From: Malacoraja senta
Taxonomy: Eukaryota
Direction of reading: 5' to 3'
Length of the DNA stretch: 64,000 nt
NCBI GenBank assembly: GCA_038087875.1
Contig: JAXLNO010000332.1
Coordinates: 1-64,000 of the forward strand
The position numbers and the translations under genes were made by a program. The notes below the pieces were generated by a model that saw nothing but the letters and a program-made list of their open reading frames with translations, had not been told where the DNA came from and searched no databases. Shown piece after piece: positions 25,690-38,065 of this stretch (within the stretch, counting starts at the first letter, position 1; the number at the start of each line of letters is the position of its first letter).

Positions 25690-26090
25690 GACGCGACGCC
25701 CTTGGAGACAGTTGCCCCAAACACTGGCCACCGAATGGTGAACGAGGTCGGATTGACCTGGATAATGACACGTTGGCCTGGCTCGCCTCAACGGAGCTGC
25801 ACGTCTAAAAGACACGACAGAAGAGTAAGAGAGGGAGTGAAGGATACGGGACGATACAGAGCGATTTCACTCCGTGATGGGAGCCAGCGGTCCTCCAGGC
25901 GGGGTGAGCCGAGCGGCGGTGGTCCTCCGGGCCGGTCCTCCAGGCGGGGTGAGCAGAGCGGCGGCGGGTAGATGCCGCCCTGGGCCTGTTGGAGCGAGCG
26001 GAGACGAGGCCGGAGAGCTGGTCTGGGACAAGGTGCAGCCGGAGCCGCGCTGGGCGGGCGGGGAGCGGGGGGAAGAGAAGGCCCCGTGGA
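25690..26090 (+). promoter_or_regulatory. CpG-rich candidate promoter / first exon of ZF copy B
   Basis: CpG dense; duplicated CGGTCCTCCAGGCGGG|GTGAG donor-like motif (~25890 and ~25935). Confidence 0.45.
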
Positions 26091-26566
26091 AAGGGATAGA
26101 GAGAGAGATAGACAGAGAGAGAAAGAGGTGGAGAGAGAGAGTGTGTGTGGAGGAAGGGGGTGAGAGGCTGGGGGTTGGAAAAGTGGTGAAGTGAGTAGCG
26201 GGGAGAAGCAGGGAGCAAAGGGAAAGGGCAGGGATTCAAGGGGGAGTGGGTTTGGTGCCGAGGGGGATGAATGGGGGGGCAGGGAACTGGGGGTGAGAGG
26301 GGCCAAGTGAGTCAAGGAAGGGGGTGGGGAGCCTGGTGGGGGTTCACACTGTTTGGGGGTAGGGAGCGTGTTGCAGTTTAGGAAGTCAAACCAGGGCAGG
26401 ATCTTCACTGAATGGCGGGACGCTGGGGAAATGTGTGGAGCCGAGGGATCTAGGAGTGCGGGTACGATTGGGCCGAGGGGCCTCTTTCCAACGCTGTATG
26501 AATGTATGACAAAGTGCTGGAGTAACTCAGCAGGTCAGGCAGCATCTGTGGAGAAGATAGACACAA

Positions 26567-27947
26567 AGTGCCTGGGCCTGCTGGTCTGCATCCCAGGGTC
26601 CTCGGGAAGGTGGCTCAAGAAATAGTGGACGCTTTGGTGATCATTTTCCAATGTTCAATAGATTCAGGATCAGTTCCTGTGGACTGGAGGATAGCTAATG
26701 CTATCCCACTTTTCAAGAAAGGAGCGAGAGAGAAAACGGGGAATTACAGAACAGTTAGCCTGACTTCGGTGGTGGGAAAGATGCTGGAGTCAATTATTAA
26801 AGAGGTAATAATGCGGCATTTGAATAGCAGTAAAATGATTAGTCCAAGTCAACATGGATTTGTGAAAGGAAAATCATGCTTGACTAATCTTCTGTAATTT
26901 TTTGAGGATGTGTCAAGTAAAATGGGTCAAGAGGAGTCAGTGGATGTAGTGTATCTAGAATTTCAGAAAGCCTTTGATAAGGTGACGCACGGGAGATTTG
27001 TGACAAAAATTATAGCACATAGTATTGGGGGTAGGGTGTTGACGTGGATAGAAAATTGGTTGGCAGACAGGAAGTAAAGAGTAGGAGTGAACGGGTCATT
27101 TTCAGAATGGCAGGCAGTGGCGAGTGGAGTACTGCAAGGCTCGGTGTTGGGGCCACAGCTATTTACCATATATATTAATGATTTGGAAGAGGGAATTAGG
27201 AGCAACACTTGCAAGTTTGCCGATGAGTCAAAGCTGGGTGGCAGTGTGAACTGTGAAGAGGATGTTAGGAGGTTGCAGGGTGACCTGGACAGGTTGAGTT
27301 AGTGGGCTGATGCGTGGCAGATGCAGTATAATATAGATAAATGTGAGGTTATCCATTTTGGTGGCAAAAACAAGGGGGCAGATTATTATCTCAATGAGGT
27401 TAGGTTAGGTAAGGGGGAGGTACAGGGAGATCTGGGTGTCCTTGTACACCGGTCACTGAAAGTTAGCGTGCAGGTACAGCGGGCAGTGAAGAAAATTAAT
27501 GGAATGTTGGCCTTCAGAACAAGAGGATTTCAGTATAGGAGTAGAGAGGTTCTTCTGCAGTTGTATAGGGCTCTGGTGAGACCACATCTGGCGTATTGTG
27601 TACAGTTTTGGTCTCCTAATTTGAGGAAGGACATCCTTGTGATTGAGGCATTGCAGCGTAGGTTCACGAGAATGATCCCTGGGATGGCGGGATTGTCATG
27701 TGAGGAAAGATTGAAAAGACTAGGCTTGTATTCACTGGAGTTTAGAAGGATGAGGGGATAACTTGTAGAAACATATAAAATTATAAAAGGATTGGACAAA
27801 CTAGATGCAAGAAAAATGTTCCCAATGTTGGGCGAGTCCAGAACCAGGGGCCACAGACTTAGAATAAAGGGGAGGCCATTTAAGACTGAGGCGAGAAATT
27901 GTGAATTTGTGGAATTCCCTGCCGCAGATGGCAGTGGAGGCCAAATC
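26567..27947 (+). mobile_element. CR1 LINE fragment (RT)
   Basis: LHPRVL..., [36 protein letters not shown] with stops. Confidence 0.92.
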
Positions 27948-28185
27948 ACCCCGTAACACTATCCTACAGACATTAGGGACAATTCAGCAATTTTGCGGAG
28001 GCCGATTAATCTACAACCCTGAACGTCTTTGAAATGTTGGAGGAAACCGGAGCACAAGGAGTAAAACCCCACGAAAGTCAAGCGGACAACGTATAAACTC
28101 TGCACAGACAGCACCCGCAGTCAGGATCGAGCCCGGGTCTCTGGCGGTGAGGTAGCAACGGTACAACAGCCCCAGTGTGCCGCGC
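27948..28185 (-). mobile_element. V-SINE, paralogous to 18517-18833, lacking its tail
   Basis: Reverse complement of the same head and V-domain, at the same position relative to the ZF exon. Confidence 0.8.
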
Positions 28186-28409
28186 AGAATTATATAACGG
28201 TTTCCTCGGCCATAAACGCACCCAATATGTGTTAGTAATGTCCAGTTTGCCAGCTTGTTGTCCTGCTGTGTTTCCCTCCTGCAGGGTTGAGGAGCCGTTG
28301 CTGTGGATGGAGAGACGGGGACGTGAACGGCCATTGAGGGCGGCCAGGGTGCTGGTGAGCTCCCCCATCTGCTCGGTGTGCGGGCTGAGCTTCGAGAGGC
28401 TGAGCTTCT

Positions 28410-29243
28410 ATGGAGGACCACATGACGGGGCACAACAAGGAGAAGCGTAATGAGTGCGAATTGTGTGGCCATGTCTGGCAGCACCCGAGTGAGCTGGAGC
28501 TCCGCCGGTTGGTGCATACGGGCGAGAAGCCCTATGGCTGCTCCACTTGTGGCAAGAGCTTTACGCAGATGGCGGGACTGCGGCAGTGGGTGCACAGCAG
28601 TGAGCGGCCCTTCACCTGCTCCGACAGTGGCAAAGGCTTCAGGTCGTCGCCGGAACTGAAGGCGCACAGGCGCCTGCACATCGGGGAGCGTCTCTACACC
28701 TGCGCCCAGTGCGGCAAGGGCTTCAACCGTTCCACCAGGCTGCTGTCCCACCAGCGGGTGCACGCCGGCGACCGTCCCGTCCCCAGCCTGGTGTGTGGAG
28801 AGCGCTTTGCCATGACCGCCCACGCCCTGTCTCACCAGCACGTGCCAGCCCTACGACTGCCCGTAATGTGGTGAGGCGTTTGACAGCTCGCGGGCGTTTA
28901 CACAGCACAGGCGGGCCCACGATGGCGAGCAGCTGCTTCCACTGTGACAAGAGAGCATGGGGGCTGCGGGAACACCAGCGGATACACACCAGAGAGAGAC
29001 CCTTTGTGTGCGCTGAGTGTGGCAAGGGTTTCACCCGCATGTCTAGCCTGTGGCAGCACCGGCGTACCCACAGCAGTCAGCGCCCCTTCCGCTACCCACC
29101 CTGTGACAAGGGCTTCACCCGCCTTGACCACCTGCTGGAGCACCGGCGAGTCCAACCGGCCAGCGTCCCTTCACCTGCCCGCTCTGTGGCAAGGCCTTTC
29201 CCGCTCCTCCAGCCTGCCGGCACACCGCCACGTAGATAGATAG
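28410..29243 (+). pseudogene. C2H2 zinc-finger gene copy B (frameshifted)
   Basis: MEDHMTGHNKEKRNECELCGHVWQ...HTGEKPY...; acceptor TTTCCCTCCTGCAG ending 28284; frameshifts after ~28845. Confidence 0.88.
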
Positions 29244-30690
29244 GCACTGTTTAGCTAGACACAAAATGCTGGAAGGAATTGGTAACGTTTCTTGTCGAGA
29301 CACTCTTCAGTCTCGACCCGAAATGTCACCCAGTCCTTCTCTCCAGAGATGTTGCCTGTCCCGCTGAGTTACTCCAGCATTTGGTGTCCTTTTTTATAAA
29401 CCAGCATCCGCAGTTCCTTGTTTTTAAACCATTCTGGTTAACCATCTCTGCACCTTCCCCAAAGCCTCCACATCTTTCCTGTAATGGAGTGACCAGAACT
29501 GTATGCAATACTCCAAATGCTACCTGGCCAATGTCCCTTAAAGCTGCACATATACATTCTCTCTCCTTATCTCACATCCTTTTATCTCCTTATTTTCTCG
29601 TCTCCGTCACTTACTGCCGATCTCCCCCTCATCTGTTAACATAGTGTCAGCCTGAAGAAGGGTCCTGATCCGAAATGTCACCTATCCATGTTCTCCAGAG
29701 ATGCTGCCTGACCTGCTGAGTTACTGCAACACTTCGTGTTGGAGTCATAGAGTGATACAGTGAGGAAAAAGGACCTTCGGCCCAACTTGCCCACACCGAC
29801 CAACATGTCCCGGCTACACTAGTCCCACCTGCCTGCATTTGGTCCATAGCCCTCCAAACTTGTCCTATACATGTAACTGTCTATAACTATTACTTAAACG
29901 TTGGCATAGTCCTAGCCTCAACTACCTCCTCCGGCAGCTTGTTCCATACACCCACCACCATCTGTTGAAAAGTTACCCCTCAGATTCCTATTAAATCTTT
30001 TCCCCTTCACCTTGAACCCATGTCCTCTGGTCCTCGATTCCCTCACTCTGGGCAAGAGGTTCTATGCATTTAACTAAATTGTGTTCTATGCAAGATTCCA
30101 GCATCTGCAGTTTCTTGTGTCTCCCTCACCTATATCCACCTGTCACCTCTGAAGAAGGATCTCAACCTGAAACATCACCTAGTCCTTCTCTATAGAGGTG
30201 CTGCCTGTCCCACTAAGTTACTCCAGCATGTTGTGTCCATCTATCGCTTGCCAGGCTTTGTCCAGCCCCCATCTCTCTTTTCCAGCTTCCTCCCCCCCAC
30301 CCTCTCCACTCAGTCTGAAGAAGGGTCCTGGCTCAAAACGCCGTCTGTTCATTGCCTCTAGAGCGGTGGAGGAACTCGGTGGGTCAGGCCGCATCTGTAG
30401 AGGGAAGGCAATCTAAGGCGACCACTCCCACCTCTCCTTCCCAACTTTCTCCACCCCAACACCAAGCAGTCTGAAGAAGGGTCCTGACCTAGAATGTTGC
30501 CTGTCCGTGCTCTCCAGAGGTGCAAGTTACTCCAGGAGATCGTGTCTCTTTTTGTAAACCAGCATCTGCCGTTCCTTGTATCTAGACTAGGCATGCATTT
30601 CACCCTACACTTGCGCTCGGTCCGCCAAGGCCTACTGGATCTCCCGGTTGCCAACCATTTTAACTTCCCTTCCCATTCCCACACTGCTGG
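29244..30690 (+). repeat. Downstream flank of the ZF cassette (inverted paralogue of 3504-6263 and 39600-47730) with several hammerhead-like motifs
   Basis: Colinear homology; CTGAAGAAGGGTCCTGATCCGAAATGTC at 29652-29679; related motifs at ~30149, ~30315, ~30471. Confidence 0.85.
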
Positions 30691-30961
30691 CGAAAGGCGT
30701 CAGGATTAATCCGGAGTCGCCGCTTCCCGTCCCCCGGCCATTCCCCCTCAACTACGAACTTTTGGATCTCGCTCTCCGCCCTTGGACGTCCGCAAGACTC
30801 CGTCTGCAGTAATCAAGGACTTTTGCTCGTCAACCCACTGGACCTAAGTCGTATTCCAATGAAATAATTGTCTTTTTTTGTGGAAGAAATTAATTTAGAG
30901 GGAAATTAAAGGAAAATGAAAAGCGGAGACTGCAAATTTGCTTCTAGATTTTATTGCATGA

Positions 30962-31105
30962 CTAGACTAACTGGGACCCGTTGGGTCCCAGTCACACGGG
31001 ATGTCTGGTCCCCCCAACGCAACCCATTACCCAACGCAATATTCCACCACTCACCTGTTCCCCCAATGCAACCCAATCCCCCAAAGCAATATTCCACCAC
31101 TCTGG
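30962..31105 (-). mobile_element. Helitron 3' end, same family as 22889-25352; 5' end not identified
   Basis: Minus strand CTGGGACCCAACGGGTCCCAG hairpin + TTAGTCTAG|T. Confidence 0.75.
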
Positions 31106-31721
31106 GGAGGGGTGTGTGTAGGGAGGGGGGGGGGGGTTGGGGTGTGTGTGATTGGGGGGGGGGGCGTGGGACAATGATTAATATAAGTCAAGCAGATGGT
31201 GAAGACAAGTCAAACACAATACAAGGGAATCTTGAAATTATTCTCTCAACTTTCAGACGGCTCACGGCACCATCCCCATTCCAAGCCAATCATGCGCCTC
31301 CCATTTACTGCAACATATCTACGCTACTAGCGGTAGGGGGTGCGGGAGATCCTCTGTAACTCCTCACAGAAGAGTAAACAAGCTTCGTAATCTGCTCTGC
31401 TATTTGATGTTTACATTTACCACCTACCCTTCACACATTCCCAGACAAGAGGTAATACGTCTAATCTTACTGTGCCGATTCCCACAACCTCATCTGCACC
31501 TGGTCAAGCGACAGCTGCCAATTGTCACATCCAATACACCCTTTCGTTACCTTATTCAATTCCAATCAAAATTAAATTAGGAAGGATATACATTTTTCTT
31601 CCATAGTTCCCCTCTTGTTGATCAACACTCAGTGTAAGAAAGGATATTAATATTTTCTCTCATCTGTTGCAAACATGGAGCCATACAGGTCCGATTATAA
31701 TTTTGGTTGGAGCAAGCAAAG

Positions 31722-32300
31722 AGGCCCCTGCTTTTCTCACTGTACTTACTTCCTCTGGGTTCCATTCTTAGAAAGCATGGCATCTCTTTTCATTGTTATG
31801 CTGATGATATTCAGATATATGTGCCGCTGAAGAAGAAGGATGCTTTCTCAGTCAAACCACTTCTGTCTATAATCTATATAATCTATAAATGGTCTCGCCC
31901 CGCCTTACCTCTCTGAGCTGCTTCATCCCTACGCTCCTGCCCGGTGCCTCGGGTCAGCTGATCAGCTGCTCCTGGAGGTACCAAGTTCTAAGCGGAAGCT
32001 CAGAGGGGATAGAGCCTTCTCTGCTGCTGCTCCGACATTATGGAACACTCTGCCTTTGCACATTAGACAGGCCCCTTCGCTGTCCATTTTCAAAATTAGT
32101 CTTAAAACCCTTTTCTATTCCTTGGCTTTTGACCCTGCATGAGACTTTGCTCCTGTTTTAGTGTTTCTATTGTTTTTTTTTAATTGTTTTTACTGTCTTT
32201 TAATGTTTTTATTGTTTTGTTTTATGTTTATGATTAAGTCATGTACAGCACTTTGTTGCAACAGTGGTTGTTTTTAAAGTGCTCTATAAATAAAGTTCAG
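31722..32300 (+). mobile_element. L2-clade LINE fragment, internally deleted
   Basis: [32 protein letters not shown]; 3' end GTACAGCACTTTG...TGCTCTATAAATAAAG. Confidence 0.8.
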
Positions 32301-32570
32301 TTATGGTCAGTTCAGATACCTCCTTGAGCATGCGAAGCAATATGGGCACAAACCCAACAATCTAATCAGATAAGGAAGCTTGTTTACTTCCAGCAGCGAG
32401 TTCACTGTGTTCTGTGTGGAAGTTGTTCGTTGGATTTCAAACTCCAACTTCTACCTTCCTCCTGTTTAGATGCCTATCATCATCCTCGTATTCTCTCTCA
32501 TCCCATTCAATATTAGTATATTCATGTATATTATACTAAACACATAGTTAATAAGGAGTATGTCTACATT

Positions 32571-33060
32571 TTAGGATCTTAATAAATTTATGATCAGTTT
32601 ATCACGATTAATAGCCTTTCCTGTTGATGTGAGGATTCCTCTATTTTTCCATAACTGACCAAAGTCATGTACAACCACAAACGCATGGCAAGAATCGGTG
32701 TAGATATTAGCACTTGTATCTTTTGCCAATATGCAGGCACGAGTCAGGTCATACAGCTCAGCTGCCTGAGCGGACGTTCTGGATGGTAAAGCGTACATCT
32801 CCAGCACTTGGTGTGGTGTGACCACTGCATATCCTGCCAATAATCTGTCATCGCTAGGTCAGTGTAAAGAGCCATCGGTAAATAGAACCAGATCAGGATT
32901 ATCAATTGGATGAATGTAAGTCCAGCCGGGGAGTGGCAGTGGCTTCTACAAGCAACAGACAATCATGGTCGCATTCTTCTTCTGCAGTGGTACAAAGGTA
33001 GCTGGATTTATAGCAGGTGATGGCTGATAAGTACAGTTAGGATGTGATAGGCATGAGATT
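32571..33060 (-). mobile_element. Endogenous retrovirus pol fragment (connection + RNase H), gamma/epsilon-like
   Basis: NPDLVLFTDGS, AGYAVVT, TSAQAAEL, NIYTDS..AF.VVHDFGQLWKNRG.LTSTGK. Confidence 0.8.
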
Positions 33061-33485
33061 TCTTCGTGGATTTTTTAATTCAGATTTACGGCCTTGATCT
33101 GGTTGAGGGTGGTGGAGGAGCCACCATCAGATTCCCTTCAAATTCCTGTCCAACCAACAAATCGGTCTACTTCCAGGAGCAGAGGGGAAGGGAGGAGAGG
33201 AGAGGGGAGGAAAGGAGGAGAGGAGAGGAAAGGGGAGGAAAGGAGGAGAGGAGAGGAGAGAAGATGTGCAGTGAAATGAAAGTGGTAATGCCTGCGGTTT
33301 GTGCAAAAACAAAACCAACAGAATAAAATAGAACAGAACCAGTATAGAGGGATTGCACGTAAGGTCACCGGGCCAAAGGGCTTGATGCACGGAGCCGCTC
33401 AATCCATCTGGAGGACATCGCAGCTTCAGGTATACTTTGTTAATACACGAAACGCGTGCTTTCCTACCTGTTAAAACCCGTCAAA

Positions 33486-33695
33486 ATGGTGAATCTTTGC
33501 GCTGCAAATAATTGTGGAAGTCGGGGTAACCGTCAGAGACATCTATCCTACTTCAGAATTCCAAAGGTGAAGAGAAATGAAGGTAAAAAGAAGCGATAGC
33601 CGAAGGGAAAACAAAGTGCTTGGCGAACATTGCCCGTGCAATCCTCATTGAAAATATTGGGAATGATCGCATTTGCTCACTGCATTTCATCAACA
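33486..33695 (+). pseudogene. THAP-domain exon remnant, left arm
   Basis: MVNLCAANNCG...SYFRIPK...CLANIAR...RICSLHFIN followed by GTAAG; one stop and a frameshift. Confidence 0.8.
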
Positions 33696-33709
33696 GTAAG
33701 GCATTATTT

Positions 33710-36113
33710 TGGAGTGTATGCGGGATAATTATCTAAACCAACATGTAGAGGAACCAACGAGTGAGCAGGCTATTCTAGACTGGGTATTGAGTAATGAGGA
33801 AGGGTTAGTTAGCAGTCGTGTTGTGCGTGCCCCCTTGGGCAAGAGTGACCATAATATGGTTGAGTTCTTCATTAGGATGGAGAGTGACATTGTTAATTCA
33901 GAAACAATGGTTCTGAACGTAAAGAAAGGTAACTTGAGGGTGTGAGACCTGAATTGGCCAAGATTGACTGGCAATTCGTTCTAAAAGGGTTGACGGTGGA
34001 TATGCCATTAAAGACTGCATGGATGAACTACAAAAAGTTGTTCATCCCAGTTTGGCAAAAGAATAAATCAGGGAAGGTAGTGCATCCGTGGTTAACAAGG
34101 GAAATCAGGGATAGTATCAAAGCAAAAGATGATGCGTACAAATTAGCCAGAAAAAGCAGCGTACCAGAGGACTGGGAGAAATTCAGAGACCAGCAGAGGA
34201 GGACATAGGGCTTAATTAGGAAAGGGAAAATAGATTCTGAAAGAAAACTGGCAGGGAACATAAAAACGGACTGCAAACGTTTTATAGATATGTGAAGAGA
34301 AAGAGATTAGTTAAAACAAATGTAGGTCCCTTGCAGTCAGAAACAGGTGAATTGATCATGGGGAACAAGGATATGCCGGACTAATTGAATAACTACTTTG
34401 GTTCCGTCTTCACTAAGGAAGACATAAATAATCTGCCGGTAATAGCAGGGGACCGCGGGTCAAAGGAGATGGAGGAACTGAGTGAAATCCAGGTTAGTCG
34501 GGAAGTGGTGTTGGGTAAATTGAATGGATTAAAGGCCGATAAATCACCAGGGCCAGATAAGCTGCATCCCAGAGTACTTAAGGAAGTATCTCCAGAACTA
34601 GTGGATACATTAGTGATAATTTTTCAAAACTCTTTAGATTCTGGAGTAGTTCCTGAGGATTGGAGGGTAGCAAACGTAACCCCACTTTTTAAGAAGGGAG
34701 GGAGAGAGAAAACGGGGAATTACAGACCAGTTAGTCTAACATCGGTAGTGGGGAAACTGCTAGAGTCAGTTATTAAAGATGGGATAGCAGCACATTTAGA
34801 AAGTGGTGAAATCATTGCACAAAGTCAGCATGGATTTACGAAAGGTAAATCATGTCTGACGAATCTTATAGAAATTTTCGAGGATGTAACTAATAGAGTG
34901 GATAGGGGAAATCCAGTGGATGTGTTGTATCTGGACTTTCAGAAGGCTTTCGACAAGGTCCCACATAAGAGATTAGTATACAAACTTAAAGCACACGGTA
35001 TTGGGGGTTCGGTATTGATGTGGATAGAGAACTGGCTGGTAAACAGGAAGCAAAGAGTAGGAGTAAACGGGTCCTTTTCACAACGGCAGGCAGTGACTAG
35101 TGGGGTACCGCAAGGCTCAGTGCTGGGACCCCAGCTATTTACAATTTATATTAATGAACTGGATGAGGGAATTGAAGGCAACATCTCCAAGTTTGCGGAT
35201 GACACTAAGCTGGGGGGCAGTGTTAGCTGTGACGAGGATGCTAGGAGACTGCAAGGTGACTTGGATAGGCTGGGTGAGTGGGCAAATGTTTGGCAGACGC
35301 AGTATAATGTGGATAAATGTGAGGTTATCCACTTTGGTGGCAAAAACAGGAAAGCAGACTATTATCTAAATGGTGGCCGATTTGGAAAAGGGGAGATGCA
35401 GCGTGACCTGGGTGTCATGGTACACCAGTCATTGAAAGTAGGCATGCAGGTGCAGCAGGCAGTGAAGAAAGCGAATGGTATGTTAGCTTTCATAGCAAAA
35501 GGATTTGAGTATAGGAGCAGGGATGTTCTACTGCAGTTGTACAGGGTCTTGGTGAGACCACACCTGGAGTATTGCGTACAGTTTTGGTCTCCAAATCTGA
35601 GGAAGGACATTATTGCCATAGAGGGAGTGCAGAGAAGGTTCACCAGACTGATTCCTGGGATGTCAGGACTTTCATATGAAGAAAGACTGGCTTATACTCG
35701 TTAGAATTTAGGAGATTGAGAGGGGATCTTATAGAAACTTACAAAATTCTTATGGGGTTGGACAGGCTAGATGCAGGAAGATTGTTCCCGATGTTGGGGA
35801 AGTCCAGGACACGGGGTCACAGCTTAAGGATAAGGGGGAAATCCTTTAAGACCGAGATGAGAAAAACATTTTTCACACAGAGAGTGGTGAATCTCTGGAA
35901 CTCTCTGCCACAGAGGATAGTTGAGGCCAGTTCATTGGCTATATTTAAGAGGGAGTTAGATGTGTCCCTTGTGGCTAAAGGGATCAGGGGGTATGGAGAG
36001 AAGGCAGGTACGGGATACTGAGTTGGATGATCAGCCATGATCATATTGAATGGCGGTGCAGGCTCGAAGGGTTGAATGGCCTACTCCTGCACCTGTTTTC
36101 TATGTATCTATGT
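33710..36113 (+). mobile_element. CR1 LINE inserted into the foldback element
   Basis: 439-aa RT ORF 34385-35704; (TCTATGTA)n tail. Confidence 0.94.
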
Positions 36114-36641
36114 ATTTTTGTTTTTTCTTGATTCCTTTGGTATCAAAAAAGTTTCAAAAGTGATAAATCTGGCTGTAAAATTTTAAAATCGCCCATGGTT
36201 CTGAAGTGGGTTTTTACGTGCAAAAAGAAGAAGCTAAATTTATCGTTTAAATGATCTCCAGACGTAGTGGTGTGTGGAAAAGTGAGTTTTCTCTCATTAT
36301 GCTAATGAGATGTATATGTTGGCAAAATAATAAAATGTCCCTACAGCTTAAACACCCACTCCCTTTCAATAGGATATTGTCAATTTGCTGAGATTGATTA
36401 TGTCCAATTAACAGCTAACAATTATGCCATTCCTTGGCTTGCATCTGAGTCAAATGTAATTCAAAACCCACGTATGGTTTGCGATTTTTTTAATGATAAA
36501 TTTTGCTTCTGAAGCGTTTTCATTTTGTATGTGAAAACCCACTAGAGAATGGGCGATTTAAATTTTTTACAGCCAGATTTATCACTTCTGAATCTTTTTA
36601 GATGCCAAAGGAATCAAGAAAAAACACAAATAATGCCTTAA

Positions 36642-36861
36642 TGTTGATAAAATGCAGAGAGCAAATGCGATAATTCCCAATATTTTCAATCTCGATATCT
36701 GTACGGCCAATGTGCGCCAAGCACTGTGGCTGTTGTTATCCCTTCAGCTCTGGCCTCTATCTACCGTCATTTCTGCTTACTTTTGGAATTCTGAAGTAGG
36801 ATAAATGTCTCTCACGCTTATCCCGATTTCCATAATTATTTACAGTGCAAAAATTGACCAT
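36642..36861 (-). pseudogene. THAP-domain exon remnant, right arm
   Basis: MVNFCTVNNYG...SYFRIPK...CLAHIGR...RICSLHFIN with stops. Confidence 0.78.
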
Positions 36862-37281
36862 GTCGGCGGGTTTTAACGGGCCGGCTACGCTGGAAACAAT
36901 GGTAAGTGCTTACCTGCAGTTAATCGCGTGTACTCCAGTTGACGTAGAGTAGCAACAGTACGGGTCATGGGTCGTGACCCGACTGCCGTGCAACCTCCCT
37001 ATTTACATTTTAGAAAAAAAGACATAACGCAACAGTATTTATGCCCTGGTGAGATAAGAGTTTACAGTCCTGATGGCCTGTGGGAAGAAACTCCGTCTCA
37101 GCCTCTCCGTTTTCACAGAATGACAGCGAAGACGTTTGCCTGACCGTCGCGATGGAACAGTCCGTTGCTGGGGTGGTAGCGGACCCCCATTATGTTGCTG
37201 CACCTCTTGGTGTATAGGTCCTGCAGGGGGGTGAGTGTAGTTCCCATAGTGCGTTCGGGTTAGTGTGGGGGTGGTTAGTGT

Positions 37282-37321
<40 letters not shown>

Positions 37322-38065
37322 TGGGTTAGTGTGTGTGTGTGTGGGGGGGGAGTTAGTGTGTGTGCGGGGAGGGGCGTTTGTGTGTGTGGGGGGGAGGGGT
37401 AGTGTGTGTGGCTCTGAATTCAGAGAGACTCTGAATTTCGGCAGTTGCCTGACGTGGTAAAGGCGCTGCCTTGCCTTACTCACCAGTGCAGCAGTGTGTG
37501 TTGTCCATATCAGATCCTCTGTGATGTGGACTCCCAGGTATTTAAATCAGGTCAACCTATCCACAGTCGCCCCATTTATCTCCAGTGGCATGTATGTCTT
37601 CGGATGATGTGCCCTTCTAAAGCCCACAATCAGCTCCTTAAGTGACATTCAAGAGGAGGCTGTTGTCCCGCACCAGAGTGCCAGGTCAGCCACCTCCTCC
37701 CGGTAGCCCTTCTCATTGTTATTGGAGATCAGGCCCACCACCACAGTGTCATCAGCGAACTTGATGATGGAGTTGGAGCTGAACCTGGCCACACAATCAT
37801 GTGTGTACAGGGAGTACAGTAGGGGGCAAAGGGCACAACCCTGGGGGGATCTGTGTTCAGGGTGAGGGGTTTGGATGTATGTCTCCCCATCTTGACGACC
37901 TGGGGCCTGGCAGTGAGAAAGTCCAGGACTAGGGCACACAGAGGAGTGTTCAGTCCCAGTTCCAGCAGCTTCTCAGCATGTCTGGTGGGGACTATGGTAT
38001 TGAAAGCTAAACTGAAATCAATGAACAGCATCCGCACATAGCCTCCCTTCTGGCTGTCAAGGTGA

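Larger units (their letters stand above)
33346..37000. mobile_element. Non-autonomous foldback DNA transposon, ISL2EU/PIF-Harbinger-like, with AT TSD and a THAP exon in each arm
   Basis: AT at 33344-33345 and 37001-37002 (single AT at the empty site 22872-22873); termini AGAGGGATTGCACG / CGTGCAACCTCCCT; inverted arms ~33470-33709 + 36114-36225 versus ~36520-36880. Confidence 0.8.

Noticed and set aside
28410..28874. Functional 154-aa zinc-finger CDS
   Set aside because: Several zinc ligands are lost and the frame breaks relative to the paralogues, so it is treated as a pseudogene.
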